Shown: positions 63,789-64,000 of the stretch, one piece after another | How the letters are laid out: each line of letters begins with the position of its first letter | How positions within the stretch are numbered: the first letter of the stretch is position 1 | Source: Pirellulales bacterium | GTDB lineage: Bacteria; Planctomycetota; Planctomycetia; Pirellulales; UBA1268 | Reading direction: 5' to 3' | NCBI GenBank assembly: GCA_049695995.1 | Contig: JBAVTF010000115.1 | Location: forward strand, 1,669-65,668 | Length of the DNA stretch: 64,000 nucleotides | The notes under the pieces: generated by a model | What the model saw: only the letters and a program-made list of their open reading frames with translations | Told to the model about the DNA's origin: nothing | The model's database searches: none | Program-made: the position numbers and the translations under genes

Positions 63789-64000
63789 ATGAACCGCAGT
63801 GGCTATCTCGGGATCGACGCAGGCACACAAGGCCTCTCGGTGATCTTCACCGACGACGAGATGCGGATCCTCGCTCATGGCGAGGGGGGCTACGAGATGG
63901 TGGCCGGCCTCGCCGCCGAGTGTTATGAGCAGCGGCCCGGTGATTGGGAGGCTGCGCTCCGCACCGCGATGGCCGACTTGCGGGCGAAGCTCACCGCGGC
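63789..64000 (+). CDS. FGGY-family carbohydrate kinase (xylulokinase-like), N-terminal part (3' end lies outside the window)
   Basis: The N-terminus is YLGIDAGTQGLSVIF, a typical FGGY phosphate-1 motif. The ORF runs to the window edge. Confidence 0.7.
   Translation, partial: MNRSGYLGIDAGTQGLSVIFTDDEMRILAHGEGGYEMVAGLAAECYEQRPGDWEAALRTAMADLRAKLTA

Overview
This is a high-GC (about 65-70% by eye) chromosomal segment that almost certainly comes from a member of the Planctomycetota. The lineage hallmarks are a DUF1559 pseudopilin-like protein with a prepilin methylation motif, a PSCyt/DUF1549/DUF1553 protein paired with DUF1501, an ECF sigma factor paired with a Ser/Thr kinase, a DUF4198 protein and an Uma2 nuclease.

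I call about 58 protein-coding genes, one tRNA-Val and one decayed SDR pseudogene. I recognised no rRNA, CRISPR array, transposase, integrase or prophage genes. Housekeeping genes are interleaved with accessory modules. The housekeeping set is rlmN, rsmE, cysI-like sulfite reductase, glnA, thrS, lptB, lepB, lepA and a ROK glucokinase.

The accessory modules are:
- A Cys-rich, DUF1559 and DUF4198 operon at 3.7-6.4 kb.
- A GT2, BshC-like and Eis-like GNAT operon at 8.9-13.0 kb.
- An ECF sigma, anti-sigma and membrane protein operon at 14.9-17.6 kb.
- An AraC-PAS, LRR and DUF3500 operon divergent from a P450 at 23.5-27.3 kb.
- A lower-GC ECF sigma and kinase-FGE island next to a pseudogene at 30.0-34.1 kb.
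- A methyltransferase, epimerase, glycosyltransferase and tandem sulfotransferase glycan locus split by tRNA-Val at 40.7-49.2 kb.

The most interesting signal not explained by genes is a family of three same-orientation intergenic elements at 56059-56191, 60429-60561 and 63557-63689. Each has a 133-nt core closed by a 17-18 bp terminal helix, and copy 3 carries one compensatory base-pair change. The family is a candidate structured RNA or a MITE/REP-like element.

Other signals:
- A 21-27 nt palindromic GTAG..GTCAC-N3-GTGAC motif occurs at four gene boundaries and brackets one glycosidase-like gene.
- A near-perfect 29-bp inverted repeat sits inside the anti-sigma gene.
- A FabF-like ketosynthase has its catalytic Cys replaced by Asp.
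- The tRNA-Val has C instead of U at position 33.

All calls rest on reading the ORF translations and the nucleotide sequence by eye. No database search was run, so family names come from recalled motifs, and start codons are best guesses.
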